Positions 13,830 through 26,211 of a DNA stretch of 64,000 nucleotides are shown here, in pieces. A program made the position numbers and the translations under genes. The stretch's first letter is position 1. Every line of letters starts with the position of its first letter. A model generated the notes under the pieces. It worked only from the letters and a program-made list of their open reading frames with translations. It made no database searches and had not been told where the DNA came from. The stretch comes from Mobula hypostoma (Eukaryota): contig NC_086097.1 of NCBI RefSeq assembly GCF_963921235.1, positions 174,346,001 through 174,410,000 on the forward strand, read 5' to 3'.

Positions 13830-14812
13830 TAAGACCATAAGACACAGGAGCAGAATTAGGCCTTTGCACCTCAGAGTCTGCTCCATCATTCCATCATGAC
13901 TGATTTGTTATCCCTCTCACCCCCATTCTAGTGCCTGTTCCCCTAAATTTTGACACTTTACTAATTAAGTCCCTATCAAACCTCTGCTTTAAATATACCC
14001 AATGTCTTGGCCTCCATAGCTGTTTGTGACAATGAATTCCACTGATTCACCATCAGCTGGCTAAAGGAATTCATCATCTCTGTTCTACAGGGAAGTCTTC
14101 TATTCTGAGGCTGTGCTCTCTGATCCTGGACTCCCCACTATAGGAAACATCCTCTCTACATCCACTCTATCTAGGCCTTTCTATATTCAATCAGTTTCAA
14201 TGAGATCCCCCATCATTCTTCTTAATTCTAGAGCCATCAAACACTTCTCATACGCTAGCCCTGTCATGCCTGGGATCATTCTTGTGAACCTCCTCTGAAC
14301 CCTTTCCCATAGCAGCACATCTTTTCTTAGATAACGGGCCCAAAAGTGCACTCAATACTCCGTGTGGTCTGTTCAATGGCTTATTAAGCTTCAGCATTGC
14401 ATCCTTGGTGGGATATTCTAGTCCTCTCGAAATGAATGCTTACATTGCATTCACCTTTCTTACCACCGACTCAACTTGAAAGTTAACCTTTTGGGAGTCC
14501 TGCATGAGGACTCCCAAGCCCCTTTGCACATCTGATTTATGAATTTTCTGCATGTTCAAAAAATAGTCTATGCCTTTGTTCTTTCTACCAAACTCCATGA
14601 CCATGCACTTCCCTACACTGTATTCTATCTGCCATTTCTTTGCCTATTCTCCTAATCTGTCTGTTGTTCTGCAGTCTCCTTGCTTTCTCAACACTACCTG
14701 CCCCTCGATCGATTTTCATATCATCCACAAACATGGCCACAAAGCTGTCAATTCCATCATCCAATTCATTGACGTATAACATGAAAAGAAGTTTCAACAC
14801 TGAACCCTGTGG
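13830..14812 (-). mobile_element. CR1 LINE 3' fragment
   Basis: The - ORF 14585..14881 contains PQGSVL and FVDDMKI. The 3' tail at ~13830-13860 is similar to the one at 31836. Confidence 0.85.
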
Positions 14813-15020
14813 ACAGGGCCGGACTTTAGGCAGGGCTAAGCTGGGCTGCAGTCCAGGGGCCAGAGCTGCAGAGGGGCCCAAAATAGGTAGCTGTCATCAT
14901 GGCGGACGAAAAAAATACGGGAATAGAGCACAGAAAAGAAAAAAGAAACAAGAACAAGAGGACCGTGAGAAAGAAGCATTAAAAAAACATTGAAATTAAC
15001 AGAATTTTTTAAACCTGTTC

Positions 15021-15450
15021 TCTTTTTAAATCTTTTTATTGAATAAGTACACAGAAGGTAAACCATATAGGCACTAATACTGTTAGAATATAATATATTA
15101 CAGGAAATATTAATACAGAAAAAATTAATACAAACAGTGCAATTTAAACATAAAATAACAAGGTAATATAATAGTATACTAATTTTTATATATATCAATA
15201 AAGAGAGAAAACCACTCCTCCCCCAAAAAAAACCCCACCGTGCAACTAAACTAAAAAGCAAAGCAAAGCAATGGGCTAACTAGGAAACAAGTAGAGTTAA
15301 AGAACTTAAAATCACGTCCTCAAACCCGACCACCATTAAAAACAGTCCAAAAAAACAAGAAGGGAATATAAATATGGACCGAGAGAAAAAAAAAATTACC
15401 TTAAATGAAAATGTTGAATAAAAGATCTCCAGGTCTGTTCGAATTTAACT
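15021..15450 (-). mobile_element. 5'-truncated L1 3' end, same family as 43528-49486
   Basis: Near-identical by eye to 43530-44037, but lacking the 64-bp nested insert. Confidence 0.9.
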
Positions 15451-15904
15451 GTCATCATTGGAACGCCTTTTCTTGGATTGAAGATTGACACGAGCGTCTG
15501 ATGGTCAGTCAACAGAGTAAACTTTTGGCTATACAGGTAGTGACTAAATTTCTTGACTCCCCACATGAGGCTTAGGGCCTCTCTGTGAGTCTGTGCGTAG
15601 TTGCGTTCAGCTGACGTTAACGTATATACAGATATACATATACATATATACAGATCAATACGCTCCTAATAGCGCATGCTCAGTAGCGTGTTACTACGAC
15701 ATAAAATAGTCCCATATTATACAGTAGGCTATATGGTACAACATGATTTTGGGGCATTCAGAAACCTGATTGAGGGAATTCAGAACAAAGTTAAAGACAA
15801 TTTGAGAGGTGGCGTGTCAATAATCTTACAGAGGAGAGGAAACTTTGGGATAGCCATGAATTTAGTAAGGATTGGGTTATATAGGCTGGAGAGAATGCTT
15901 GGAA

Positions 15905-17485
15905 GATCATAGAAAGTAACACTGCTGATGTAGATCAGAACAATGTAGAACAGGAATAGATCCTCTACCCCATATTGTTTGTGCTGACCATGATATCAAT
16001 TTCAATTAATTTAATCTGCCTGCATGAGATTTGTAAAGTTTCTATCCCGTTTACTCAAGTTTCTGTCTATGTGCTTCTTAAACATTGCTGTTGTAATTGC
16101 TTCCGCCACCTTCCCTGGCAGTGCATTCCAGGTGCCTGTGCTTGTTCTGTATGTATTTAAAAAACTTCCCTTGTAAATCTCTTTTAAACTTTCTCCCTCT
16201 CACCTTAAATCAATGCCCTCTAATATTTGATGTTTCAGCCTTGGGGATAAAGATTGCAACTATCTACCCTTTCATGTACTGTAGACATGCTATGTTGGTG
16301 CCAGAATGTGTGGCAACACTTGTGGGCTGCCCCCATCTTTAGGTGTGTTGGTTGTTAACGCAAACATCACACTTCTCTGTATATTTCCATGTCCTTGTGA
16401 TAAATAAATCTGAATCTGAACTTGCTTTATGGTGGCGCTATGAAGGCAGTCAGGGTGATTGGCCATTCAGAGAAGAGTTTCTGCCACTGCTACTTTCAGT
16501 GCTTAAAATACAATATATACTGCTACTGAAAAGCTGAAATATAAGCAGAAAATGCTGTAACACTCAGTAGGTCAGGCAGCAGGAGTTATTGATTTATGTT
16601 GAACTCCTTAACTTTGCCCATAGAACATAGAGCATAGGGAAAGACCCTTCAGTCCACCATGTGTGTTCTAGCCATGATACCAATCTAAGTTAGTCTGATT
16701 TACTTGCACATGGTTCATAATCCCTCCCTTCCTTACTTCTTCATGTGTATGTTTAAATGCTTCTTAAATGATGCTGTTGAATGTGCTTTTAGCTCTTACC
16801 CTGGCAGCCCATTCTAAGCATCTACTATGCTTTGCTTTATAAAAAAAAGCGTTAAAAATCTTTTAAACTCCCTTCCCCTCAACTTAAAGTGCAAGTTTAT
16901 TTTCAACTGTCATTCAACCATACAGAGGAATATAGCTGAATGACCAAGGTGCAAAACACAGTACCACTGTCTAGCCTCTTCTTAGAGATAATAATCTCTA
17001 ATCCTGCCAACATCCTGGTGAACCTCTTCTGTGCCCTCTCCATAGCCTCTAGATTCTTCCTGTAATACAGCAACCTGAGCATGTCAGACACCATCTGTAC
17101 CACCTTGTCTACTTGTTATACCAATTGTAGGGAACAGTGGAACTGCACCCCAAAATCTCTCCATTCATCTGTGCTCCTAAGGATCCTGCCACTTACTGTA
17201 TACTTTTCTCTTGCATTTGATCTCCAAAATTAAGCTCCTCTCTCTTGCCTGGATTAAACTCCATCAGCCTTTTCTCTGCCTGAACTTCTAGCAGATCCTG
17301 CTGTATTCTTGGATAACTGTCCCCACTATTCCACAGTTCCACCAATTTTATGAAGTTCACAAACTTAGTAATTAGTCTATCTACGCTTTTGTTCAAATCA
17401 TTAATATGTACAACTAACAGATGCCCCAGCACTGATCCTGCAGAACATGATTGACCTGATGCTACAACATTGATCTGGACCATTG
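15905..17485 (-). mobile_element. Cluster of old CR1 3' fragments and a SINE tail (~16280-16420, +)
   Basis: The - ORFs 16903..17103 (ERAQKRFTRML) and 17193..17483 (GSVLGHLL, MEFNPGK). (CATAGA)-type tails at ~15908 and ~16619. Confidence 0.7.
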
Positions 17486-17881
17486 CTGAGGACTCTCAGG
17501 CCTATTTTTGCCTGGCAGTATGCCATTAGCAATGATGGATTTGTCTTGCTGGTGTGGCAGAAGGTACGGAGAGATTGTCGATGATGGAATGTGGCACATT
17601 ATCTGTTAGGTATAAATTTATGAGTACAATTCTATGCGACTGTTGTTTGGACACCAGAAGCCAGATGTTTGTGAGGAGGATTTTGCTGGATCAGCAGGGC
17701 TGAGAGTAACCTCAGTGCCGAAGTTGATACCAAGTGGTCCATCCGGTTTTATTCCTCCTTTGTGAGCTTAAAAGTACAATTCTGTGGCTTGTTTGGCAAC
17801 TACAGAAAGTATTTAAGACTTATACACTGGGATAGGTCGGAATACACAGTGTCAAACCAAAGTCTGGTTCAAGTAATGATG

Positions 17882-18970
17882 TCAGAATCAGAATCAGGTT
17901 TATTATCAGCGACATGTGTTGTGAAATTTGTTAACTTAACAGCAGCAGTTCAATGCAATACATAATGTAGAAGAAAAAAATAAGATGATAATAAATAAAA
18001 AGTCAATTACAGTATACATATTGAATGGATTAAAAATTGTGCAAAAAGAAATAATATATATTAAAAAAGTGAGGTAGTGTTCAAGGGTTCAGTGTCCATT
18101 TAGGAATTGGATGGCAGAGGGGAAGAAGCTGTTCCTGAATCACTGAGTGTGTGCCTTCAGGCTTCTGTACCTCCCACCTGATGGTAACAATGAGAAAAGG
18201 ACATGCCCTGGGTGCTGGAGGTCCTTAATAATGGATGCTGCCTTTCTGAAACACGGCTCCTTGAGGATGTCCTGGGTACTTTGTAGACTAGTATCAAAGG
18301 TGGACTAAATTTACAACCCTCTGCAGCTTCTTTCGGTCCTGTGCAGTAGCCCCCCCCAATACCAGACAGTGATGCAGCCTGTCAGAATGCTCTCCACAGT
18401 ACATCTATGGAAGTTTTTGATATACCAAATCTCTTCAAACTCCTAATGAAGTATAGTCACTGTCTCACCTTCTTTATAACTGCATTGATATGTTGGAACC
18501 AGGTTAGGTCCTCAGAGACCTTGACACCCAGGAACTTGAAACTGCTCACTCTCTCCACTTCTAATCCCTCTATGAGGATTGGTATGTGTTCCTTCGTCTT
18601 ACCCTTCCTGAAGTCCACAATCAGCTCTTTCGCCTTACTGATGTTGAGTGCCAGGTTGTTGCTGCGACACCACTTCACTAGTTGGCATATCTTGCTCCTG
18701 TACGCCCTGTCATCACCATCTGAGATTCTACCAACAATGGTTGTATCATCAGCAAATTTATAGATGGTATTTGAGCTATGCCTAGCTGCACAGCCATGGG
18801 TATAGAGGGAGTAGAATAGTGGGCTCAGCACACACCCCTGAGGTGCACCAGTGTTGATCGTCAGCGAGGAGGAGATGTTATCACCAATCTGCACAGATTG
18901 TATTCTTCCGGTTAGGAAGTTGAGGATCCAATTGCAGAGGGAGGTACAGAGGCCCAGGTTCAGTAACTTC
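17882..18970 (-). mobile_element. Rex1/Babar-clade LINE, RT C-terminus and 3' end
   Basis: ORF 18457..18894 has [19 protein letters not shown]...[10 protein letters not shown]...[19 protein letters not shown], the Rex1-type RT signature. The (TCAGAA)n tail is at 17882-17895. Confidence 0.88.
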
Positions 18971-19237
18971 TATGATGTTTCTTGTTCCTAGGAGAGGAAG
19001 GAATTGTTGATAGCACGATGGAATTCTTGATGGCTCATATAAGCCTTTTATGGCTCATACAAAATATCTTGAAATATGGATGCAGTAGGAAGTTCAAGAT
19101 GTAGAAATGATGACTTAATATTTGGCTGCCTGCATATTTTTATAGCTTATGTAACATGGGGCGTGCATCCCTTTTAGAATTCTACTGTGACCAACTGCTC
19201 TCTATTTTTGTTACAGTGTGAGCATTTAACTAGCAGG

Positions 19238-19447
19238 CAACAGGAATTCTGCAGATGCTGGAAATTCAAGCAACACACATCAAAGTTGCTGGTGAACGCA
19301 GCAGGCCAAGCAGCATCTATAGGAAGAGGCGCAGTCGACGTTTCAGGCCGAGACCCTTCGTCAGGACAGAAGGGTCTCGGCCTGAAACGTCGACTGCGCC
19401 TCTTCCTATAGATGCTGCTTGGCCTGCTGCGTTCACCAGCAACTTTG
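19238..19447. mobile_element. Young non-autonomous PLE-derived hairpin element (210 bp), 14-bp TSD
   Basis: ATTTAACTAGCAGG occurs at 19224-19237 and 19448-19461. 19279-19359 is the exact reverse complement of 19369-19449 (81 bp, 9-nt loop). The sequence matches the termini of the PLE at 37566-40603. Confidence 0.93.
19334..19367 (-). ncRNA. Minimal type I hammerhead ribozyme motif (intact core)
   Basis: The - strand reads GUC CUGACGA AGG-gucucgg-CCU GAAA CG UC^GAC. It has stem I GUC/GAC, the conserved CUGANGA and GAAA boxes, a 3-bp stem II, the palindromic ACGU in place of stem III, and a GUC cleavage triplet. Confidence 0.75.
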
Positions 19448-20254
19448 ATTTAACTAGCAGGGACTGGTTGCCTGTCTGAGAGCATACTTGCTGAATAAGA
19501 AATGCTCAGTCCTCTCCAAGTTCTTCACTTGAATTTTGAAATTTGATAGTTAATTCACTGGCTTTTCTCTAGAATCTTGGAGAGAAATACTGACTCATGG
19601 GCTTGTTAATAAAGAAAATATTAAACTGTTGAAAATTTATAAGAAAACCACTGGAGAGGGAAGAATCGAAAATTAAAACCTAAATTGATGTGGGGACTGG
19701 AGGTCCTCAAGGACCTGTTTTTTTTTAAATGACAATCAGTCCTGATGTTCAGTGAAGCAATTATGTCAGGATAGTTAGCAGAGCTCTAAAAATTCAGGTC
19801 GGACAATCTGATGTATGAAAATTGTGCCATATTTATTTACATCATTGCACATAAGCATGTATTAGTTTTCCTAAATCTTTCTGTCATAGATGCTATGCGT
19901 ACTACTGTAAAATAAAGCACCATCATGACACATTATTTTAAGTGTTATCTTGACCTGCTATCCAGGAAATTGATATGCATGCAATAATCCAAATATCTGT
20001 TCCAGATCATATAGATATGATTGTCATCCCATTGTACAAGTCCATTATAGTGTGAATTATAAGTGTCAGATTGTTAGACCTCTTAAAGGAGTCATTGGCG
20101 CCACTGAAGTTGAGATGACAGACTCAAGGTTCATGACAGCACCAGACTTTAATGTGCTAATAACAGTTCTCACATGACACTAATTATTGCAAGCTGCAGA
20201 TGATACAGTTTTATGTGGGTATTGTAGTCAAAATTTGTGACCAAACTTTGACTT

Positions 20255-22710
20255 GGCTGGCTGTCCTTCTGCCTGCAAACAGGCAGAGGCTAAAGAGCAA
20301 GGCTCCAGAGATTAGGACAACAAAGAAGTAGTCACAGGAGGCAGAGGAGCAGCTACAGGATTGCTTCAAGTCGGTGTACTGGGCCATGTTCAAGGACTCA
20401 TCTGTGGATCTGAATGAATACACCATGATTGTCATTGACGTTATAAAAACAGTCATAGATGAGTGTGTCCTCACAAAATCATTTAGAGTCTTTCCCAACC
20501 AGACGCCCTGGATGAACCACGAGATCCGCAGTCTGCTGAGGGCCAGATCAGAGGCATTCAAGTACAGATTTCCCCCGCCATCCGAAGGTAGAGCATTCCT
20601 ATGAAACGGTTCGTAAACTGAAATGTCGTAAAGCGAAGAAGCAATTACCATTTATTTATATGGGAAAATTTTGTGAGCGTTCGCAGACCCAAAAATAACC
20701 TACCAAATCATGCCAAATAACACATAAAACCTAAAATAACAGTAACATATAGTAAAAGCAGGAACAATATGATAAATACACAGCCTATATAAAGTAGAAA
20801 TACTTTTCCACAATCATTGCTGGCACTTCACCAAAGCGAAAATCTCACGCAAGCACTGTTGGCAGAAACACACTCTCCAGTAACCTTTAAGCTATGAAGC
20901 TGCCAAATCATACCAAATAACATGTAAAAATACACAGCCTATATAAAGTAGAAATAATGTATGTGCAGTGTAGTATCAATTACTGGAATTGGGAAGACAG
21001 CGCAGAGCACACTGATGATGGTGTGTTAGACTGAGTCGTTGCAGGCTGGGGTGGTGCAGCTCACCCTCCAGGCCGCCGACCGATACATTGCCGTGAAGCA
21101 TGCAGGGGTCCAGCGGTAGCCGGAAGGCACACAGCACATCTTTGAGAAAAAAGCCAAAATAAACATGCTAATTAATTAGGTGCCTCCCGACACGTAATTG
21201 TCAGCCCAGATCAGTGCCAATTGCCGATTGCATCGCCTCTGATCTGGGCCGACATTAGGTGTCGAGCGGCACCTAATTAATTAGCATGTTTATTTCTGCT
21301 TTTTTTTTTAAGATGTGTTGTGTGCCTCCCAGCTACTGCTGCATCCTCTGCGAATCAGTATCTGTCCGTGGCCCGGAGGTTGGGGTGGTGGGACACTGGG
21401 GTGTCATCTCATCGTTGACTATTTCCATTAGAGCAGGCAGCTCATCTTCTCCTATGACTGCCCGCCTTGATGTCGAAGGTCGAGGTTCGTCGTCTGCTGT
21501 GGTTGATGTGGAAGGCTTGCTTGACTTCTGAGCTTCACGCATTTTTCTATCATACAGTTCTTTGTAAGCACTCAAATCATCCTGCAAATATCCCCTAAAC
21601 CTACGTACCCTTTCAAAATTAAAGTCGTACTTTATCATTGCAGCGAAAATCTCACGCAGTTGCTTCATGTTCATTTTGCTACTGCATTTGGTTTCGATTG
21701 TTATCCTTTCCTCTTCCAATTGCATCAGCTCTTCATCTATCAGTTCTTGGTCATGGGATGCCAAAACCTCTTCAACAATATCTTCGTCAGCTTCCACAAG
21801 CCAAACTCGCGTTGTCCTTACTTCATTCACCATGATCGAAACGCTTAATTATGTCTAGTTTTACGCTAAGTGTAACACCCTTACGAGCTCTTTTAGGCTT
21901 TTCCAGTACTGTACCTCAGAACTCATCTTGGAAATGGCTGCTCACAGGCAGGTGTTAAAGCAATGCCGTTCCGAATCTGGGGGAGAGCGGCTGCTCGGGG
22001 CACGCTGCCTTTTATCGCGTGCTGATATTTTTCATAACAGTGAAAACATCTTCTGTTGGCGAAAACAGGGTACTAATGTAGGTCTTTCATAACAGTAAGT
22101 TTTCGTAAAGCGAACTTTCGAAAAGCGGGAGACACCTGTATATTGACTGGCTGCATCACAGCCTGGTATAGAAACGCCGAAGCCCTTGAGTGGAAAATCC
22201 TTCAAGAGGTAGTGAATATGGTCCAGTCCACCATGGGTAAAGCCCTCCCCACCATTGAGCACAACTATACAGTGTTGTTGTTGCAGGAAAGCAGCATCCG
22301 TCATCAGGGACCCCCACCACTCAGTTCATGCTTTCTTCTCACTACTGCCATCAGGAAGAAGGTACAGGAGCTTCAGGACTCACACCTCCAGAAACAGTTA
22401 TTACCTCTCAACCATCAGGCTCTTGAACCAGAGGGGATAACTTCACTCAACAACACTTGGCCCATCATTGAACTGTTCCCACAACCTAAGGACTCACTTT
22501 TAATGACTCTTTAGCTCATATTCTCAATATTTATTGCTTATTAATTTTGTGTTTGCACAGTTTTTGTCTTTTGCACCCTGGTTGTCCACCCTGTTGGTGT
22601 GGTATTTCATTGATTCTCCTTTGGTTATTGGATTTATTCAGAATGCCTGCAAGAAAATGAATCTAAGGTGACACATTTTTATTTTGATAATAACTTTACT
22701 TTGAAAAGCA
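20255..22710 (+). mobile_element. Rex1-like LINE remnants flanking a Tigger insertion (20255-20564 and 22139-22710)
   Basis: ORF 20374.. (FPNQTPWMNHEIRSLLRAR) and ORFs 22143/22255.. (TGCITAWY, LLPSGRRYRS). Confidence 0.75.
20565..22138 (-). mobile_element. Tigger/pogo-family non-autonomous DNA transposon
   Basis: TA flanks at 20563-64 and 22139-40. TIRs CAGATTTCCCCCGCCATCCGAAGGT / reverse complement CAGGTGTCTCCCGCTTTTCGAAAGT. ORF 21333..21833 resembles the acidic Tigger transposase C-terminus (VEEVLASHDQELIDEELMQLEEER). Confidence 0.85.
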
Positions 22711-23139
22711 TTCCAGGATGTGTGTTTTGCTTGCAGAAACAAATAGAGGAACGAGTCATTCATCCCCTCACTGTATTCTGACATTTAATTGGTTCATATC
22801 TTATCTGTACATTTTTTGACCCATGTTAGTAGATGTTCAAAGAAAACCTTTCAATCTCACTTTGAAAATTTCAAGTGAAATTCAAGTGACCCAATATGCA
22901 CAGCCTTGTGTGAAGGCAGAATTAAAGATCTTGTAGGAAGTACTTCCTCTGATCACTCCTATCAGCACCTGCCCTACTTACCTTTTCCTTGCTGAAGAAA
23001 GTATTTTCCATCTACCCCATTGAATCTCTCCGTCCTGTCTTGTTTTACGGTGGTTGGCACCCAGCCTAATGGTGCGTCTACCCCATTGAATCGCTTCATT
23101 TTTTTCAAGATTAATCAATTTTCTGTAATTTAAAAAAAA

Positions 23140-23250
23140 ACAGAAAATGTTGGAACTACTCAGCAGATCATGCCACATCTGTGGGAAAAGAAACTGAGTT
23201 GGAATTTTGGGTCAAAGACCCTTCATCAGATTTCCAGCATTTGCATTCTC
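23140..23250 (-). mobile_element. Old PLE-terminus fragment with a hammerhead-like remnant
   Basis: The - strand reads CTGATGA-a-GGGTC-ttt-GACCC-AAAA, with the GAAA box mutated. Confidence 0.6.
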
Positions 23251-23699
23251 TTTGATTTTCACTCAAATTTTTTTGAATTTGAGCAATCAAATTTACACGC
23301 TGCCCCCATGGTTTAGCTCCTGAATCCTAGGTGTTGTTTCATGTTTTACTTTGCAAGTACTATTCCATGTATTATAACTAATTGATATCTATTAAACACA
23401 GACCATTGGGCTAAAGGAACATAGCACTCACCTGAAATGCACTGTGCATTTGTCTAATACTGTACAAAATCTCTGAATCAGTCTGGAACATTTCCTGCTC
23501 ACTTCCTTATGGAAGAACAATGTTCTACACTTGTATTATTCTTTGCATGATCAGGAGTCTGAGTCACTATTCAAACTGGATCACAGCTTCAAGGTACCTT
23601 GATTCCATTATTCACTTTTGATATTCATCTCTAAACACATAGAGCAGTGCAGAAAGTAACAATGTTATTCAAAGTTTCCAGCCAGGGTGAAGGTAATAA

Positions 23700-23810
23700 A
23701 CCAAGAATTTCTGCAGATGCTGGAAGTCCACACAAGGAACTCAGCAAACCAGGCAGCATCAATAGAGAGGAATAAAGGGTTGATGCCTTGTGCTGAGACC
23801 CTTCATCAGT
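23700..23810 (-). mobile_element. Old PLE-terminus fragment
   Basis: TCTGCAGATGCTGGAA...GGCAGCATC...GAGACCCTTCATCAG is homologous to 19248-19364. Confidence 0.65.
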
Positions 23811-25656
23811 GAATCTAGTTGCAAGATGACCCAGACCCATAGACAATATTCTGGATTTGAACTTACCAGGTTCCTATATAAGTGGAACTAGACATCTCTG
23901 CTTTTATACGCAAACTCTTGCAATGAAGATCAAAGTTCATTTGCCTTTCTAATTGCTGCCCTGCATATTAGTGACATGTGATTATTTCTTGTTTTCAAAC
24001 ACACTTGGGTCTCTCTTAGTCTTTCAGTCTCTGACCGTTAAAAATATATTTCTATTTATTTTACCAACTAATTATTTTTGGAGGAAACTTGAGTTGCCAC
24101 CCAAGAATACTGCTGTGATTCTAAGCACATGTCCCAATCTATCTTCAGTTCATTGGCTGGCAGTGAACGTTCTGAATGAAAAGAAAATCTTTTGTCTTTG
24201 TCTTCAGCATTTCTAGTTCGAACCCTATTTTAACCCCATAATATTCCATTTGCATCATCTTTGCATATTCACTTAGCCTGTCTGATTTCCCTTGAAGTCT
24301 CTGCACATCATTTCCCTCCATCTCAGAGGAAATCCTCCCACTATCAATTTTGTCCAGACCCCTCATTACTTTATATACTTCTGTTGGATTTCTCTTCAAC
24401 TCTCCTTCTTCTCAAAAGAAAACAGTCCCAGCCTCTTTAATCTGTCTTTGTACTTATAGTCCTTCATCAAAGGAAGCATTCGTATAAATTTTTACTGGAT
24501 TCTCTCCAATGTTCTCACATGTTTTCTATAATGTGGCAATCAGAATTCAGTCTGAACCAGTGTTTTATAAAGGTCCTTGCTCTTATACACTATGTCTCTC
24601 TTAATAAAGCACAAAGTTATCTATGTGTTATTAGCCACATTCTCAATCAGCCCTCCCTTACTTAAATGATTTGTGCACTCATGTCCAAGGTCTCACTACT
24701 CATGCATCCCTTTTAGAACATGATCCTTTATTTTATGTTGTACTTCCCCATTCTTCCTACCAGAATCATCAGCTTAGGTTTCTCTGCTTTAACTTTACCC
24801 ACTCATTCCACCTTATTTCTGTATCTTGCTACAGTCTGTTACGGTCCTCCTTACTATTCACAATTCTACCAAATCTTACTTAATTGACAATTTTACAGGA
24901 CTAGGTCATTACTACAGATTTTTTAAAAAGAAAGCCAAGGTCCATGGGAAGTGTCTGTCTTCACCTGCCTCTTGCCTGAGAAGCAGCCATTCACCATGAT
25001 CTTCAATTAGATATTACTTAGAACACCTCTTATCCATTGTTGTGCTTCACATGTACTTGAAATGCAATTATTTGCTTTATCAAAATTCACCTTATAGCTC
25101 ATGTACACCACATCAATTCTAGTACCCTTGTTGATTCCCTGTTATGTGATCCATATATTCTATCAAATTGGATAATCATAGTTTGCCCAAACTGGCTTTC
25201 CTTATGTCATTTTTTTTTATTGGCCCTGTTTCACATCAATGTTTCTAAAAGCTTTCCCATCACCACAGTTGCATTAACTGGATTATACCTTCTGGGTTTA
25301 TCTTACTCCCTTTCTCGAACTCACTGTGCTGATACTCCTTTGATGTTTAGGAATTTCCATATGTGGATATCTGAATTCTTTTAAGCTCCGAGTTCATGTC
25401 CCTCATTATTGGAGGAAATCATTTTGTCCTTCTCAAGTTCATAGCAGATAACTTATATGCAAGGAGCTGTAAGAGACTGCAGATGCATGAATATGGAGCA
25501 ACAAGAGCTGGAGGAGCTCTACAGGTAAGACAGCATTTGTGGCAGGGAAAGGAATTGTTAACATTTCAGGTCGAAACCCAAAATATTGATAGTTCCTTCC
25601 CCTTCCACAGATGCTACATGACCCACTGTGTTCTTCCAGTGGGTTGTTGGCTTATA

Positions 25657-26211
25657 CACTCAGTGGCCACTTTAGTAGATACCTCCTGTACCAAATAAAG
25701 TGGCTACTGAGTTTACGTTCATGGTCTTATGCTGTTGTAGCCCATCCACTTCAAGGTTTGACATGTTGTGCGTTCAGAGATGCTTTCTTGCAAACTACGT
25801 TGTAACGAGTGATTACTTGAGTTGCTGTCCCCTTCCTGTCAGTTTGAACCAGTCTGGCTATTCTCCTCTGACCTCTCTCATTAGCAAGGCATTTTTGCCC
25901 TCAGAATTGCCACTCACCAGATGTATTTTGGTTTGTGTACATTATTTGTGCAGTCAAGAGACTGTTGTGTATGTGAAAATCCCAGGAGATCAGCAGTTTC
26001 CAAGATACTCAAAACACCCCGTCTGGCACCAACAATAATTTTATAGTTAAAGTCAGTTAGATCACATTTCTTCTCCATTCTGATGCTTGGTCTGAGCAAT
26101 AACTGAACCTGTATACTTTATGCATTGAGTTGCTGCCACATGATTGGCTGATTAGATATTTGCATTAATGAGCAGGTGTATAGGTGTACCTAATGAAGTG
26201 GCCACTGAACA
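25657..26211 (-). mobile_element. Internally deleted Tc1-like element (MITE-like)
   Basis: TA|CACTCAGTGGCCACTTTA at the left end and TAATGAAGTGGCCACTGA at the right end. The - ORF 25914..26099 (KKCDLTDF...IVGARRGVLSILETADLLGFSHT) is a Tc1 paired-like HTH. Confidence 0.85.

Noticed and set aside
15624..15656. (TA/CA)-rich microsatellite-like tracts (also 5284-5302 and 53890-53912)
   Set aside because: Ordinary short simple repeats.
19279..19449. Hairpin as a pre-miRNA or intrinsic terminator
   Set aside because: The perfect arms, TSD and identity to PLE termini explain it as a mobile-element product. Small-RNA production cannot be judged from sequence.
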